Positions 63,820 through 64,000 of a DNA stretch of 64,000 nucleotides are shown one piece after another; position 1 is the first letter of the stretch; each line of letters opens with the position of its first letter. The DNA is from Chiloscyllium plagiosum (lineage: Eukaryota). Under the pieces are notes generated by a model. The model searched no databases. It worked only from the letters and a program-made list of their open reading frames with translations, and had not been told where the DNA came from. The stretch lies in contig NC_057719.1 of the NCBI RefSeq assembly GCF_004010195.1, positions 27,005,323 to 27,069,322 on the forward strand, written 5' to 3'. The position numbers were made by a program, and so were the translations under genes.

Positions 63820-64000
63820 CCAGGACTATTCACCAGGGCTTCTGAGACTGCACTTTCCAAATCCACAATGACCACCCTCTAAAAAGACATGGGGTTCAAA
63901 TATATGGAACACCACCAAAGATCCCCTCCAAATCACACACTAATCTCACTTGGAAATATATCTCCTTTCCTTCAATGTCACTGGGCAAAATTCTTGGACT
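63820..64000 (+). mobile_element. Fragment of the 5081-5820 LINE family
   Basis: Aligns by eye with ~5525-5675 (ttcacca...cactttccaaa...gaacacc...gaaatata). Confidence 0.65.

Overview
Vertebrate, almost certainly shark/elasmobranch, genomic DNA: it carries HE1-type V-SINEs, HER1/CR1 LINEs and Deu-domain SINEs. The only host coding sequence I can support is one 200-bp exon (33874-34073, + strand) of an ether-a-go-go K+ channel, best match KCNH5/Kv10.2 (end of S6 plus C-linker). The rest reads as two very large introns full of retroelements: many CR1 fragments, one near full-length CR1 nested in a SINE, L2 remnants, an internally deleted Gypsy LTR element, an older Gypsy gag remnant, a Gmr1-type LTR element (integrase before RT, tRNA-Pro PBS) and many Penelope-like element (PLE) pieces. 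The most striking signal is that three PLE-type terminal-repeat families each carry a minimal type-I hammerhead ribozyme motif (CUGANGA-A-stemII-GAAA-palindrome-UH) with covarying stems. Several occur as short non-coding fold-back elements with their own target-site duplications, and two core-intact copies lie sense to the channel pre-mRNA. Also noted: an unexplained ~45-bp hairpin, a CCAAT-box minisatellite, and a diverged direct-repeat pair with codon-like divergence. There are three N-gaps. Repeat boundaries and identities were judged by eye and are approximate. Most ORFs in the track are TE fragments or spurious.
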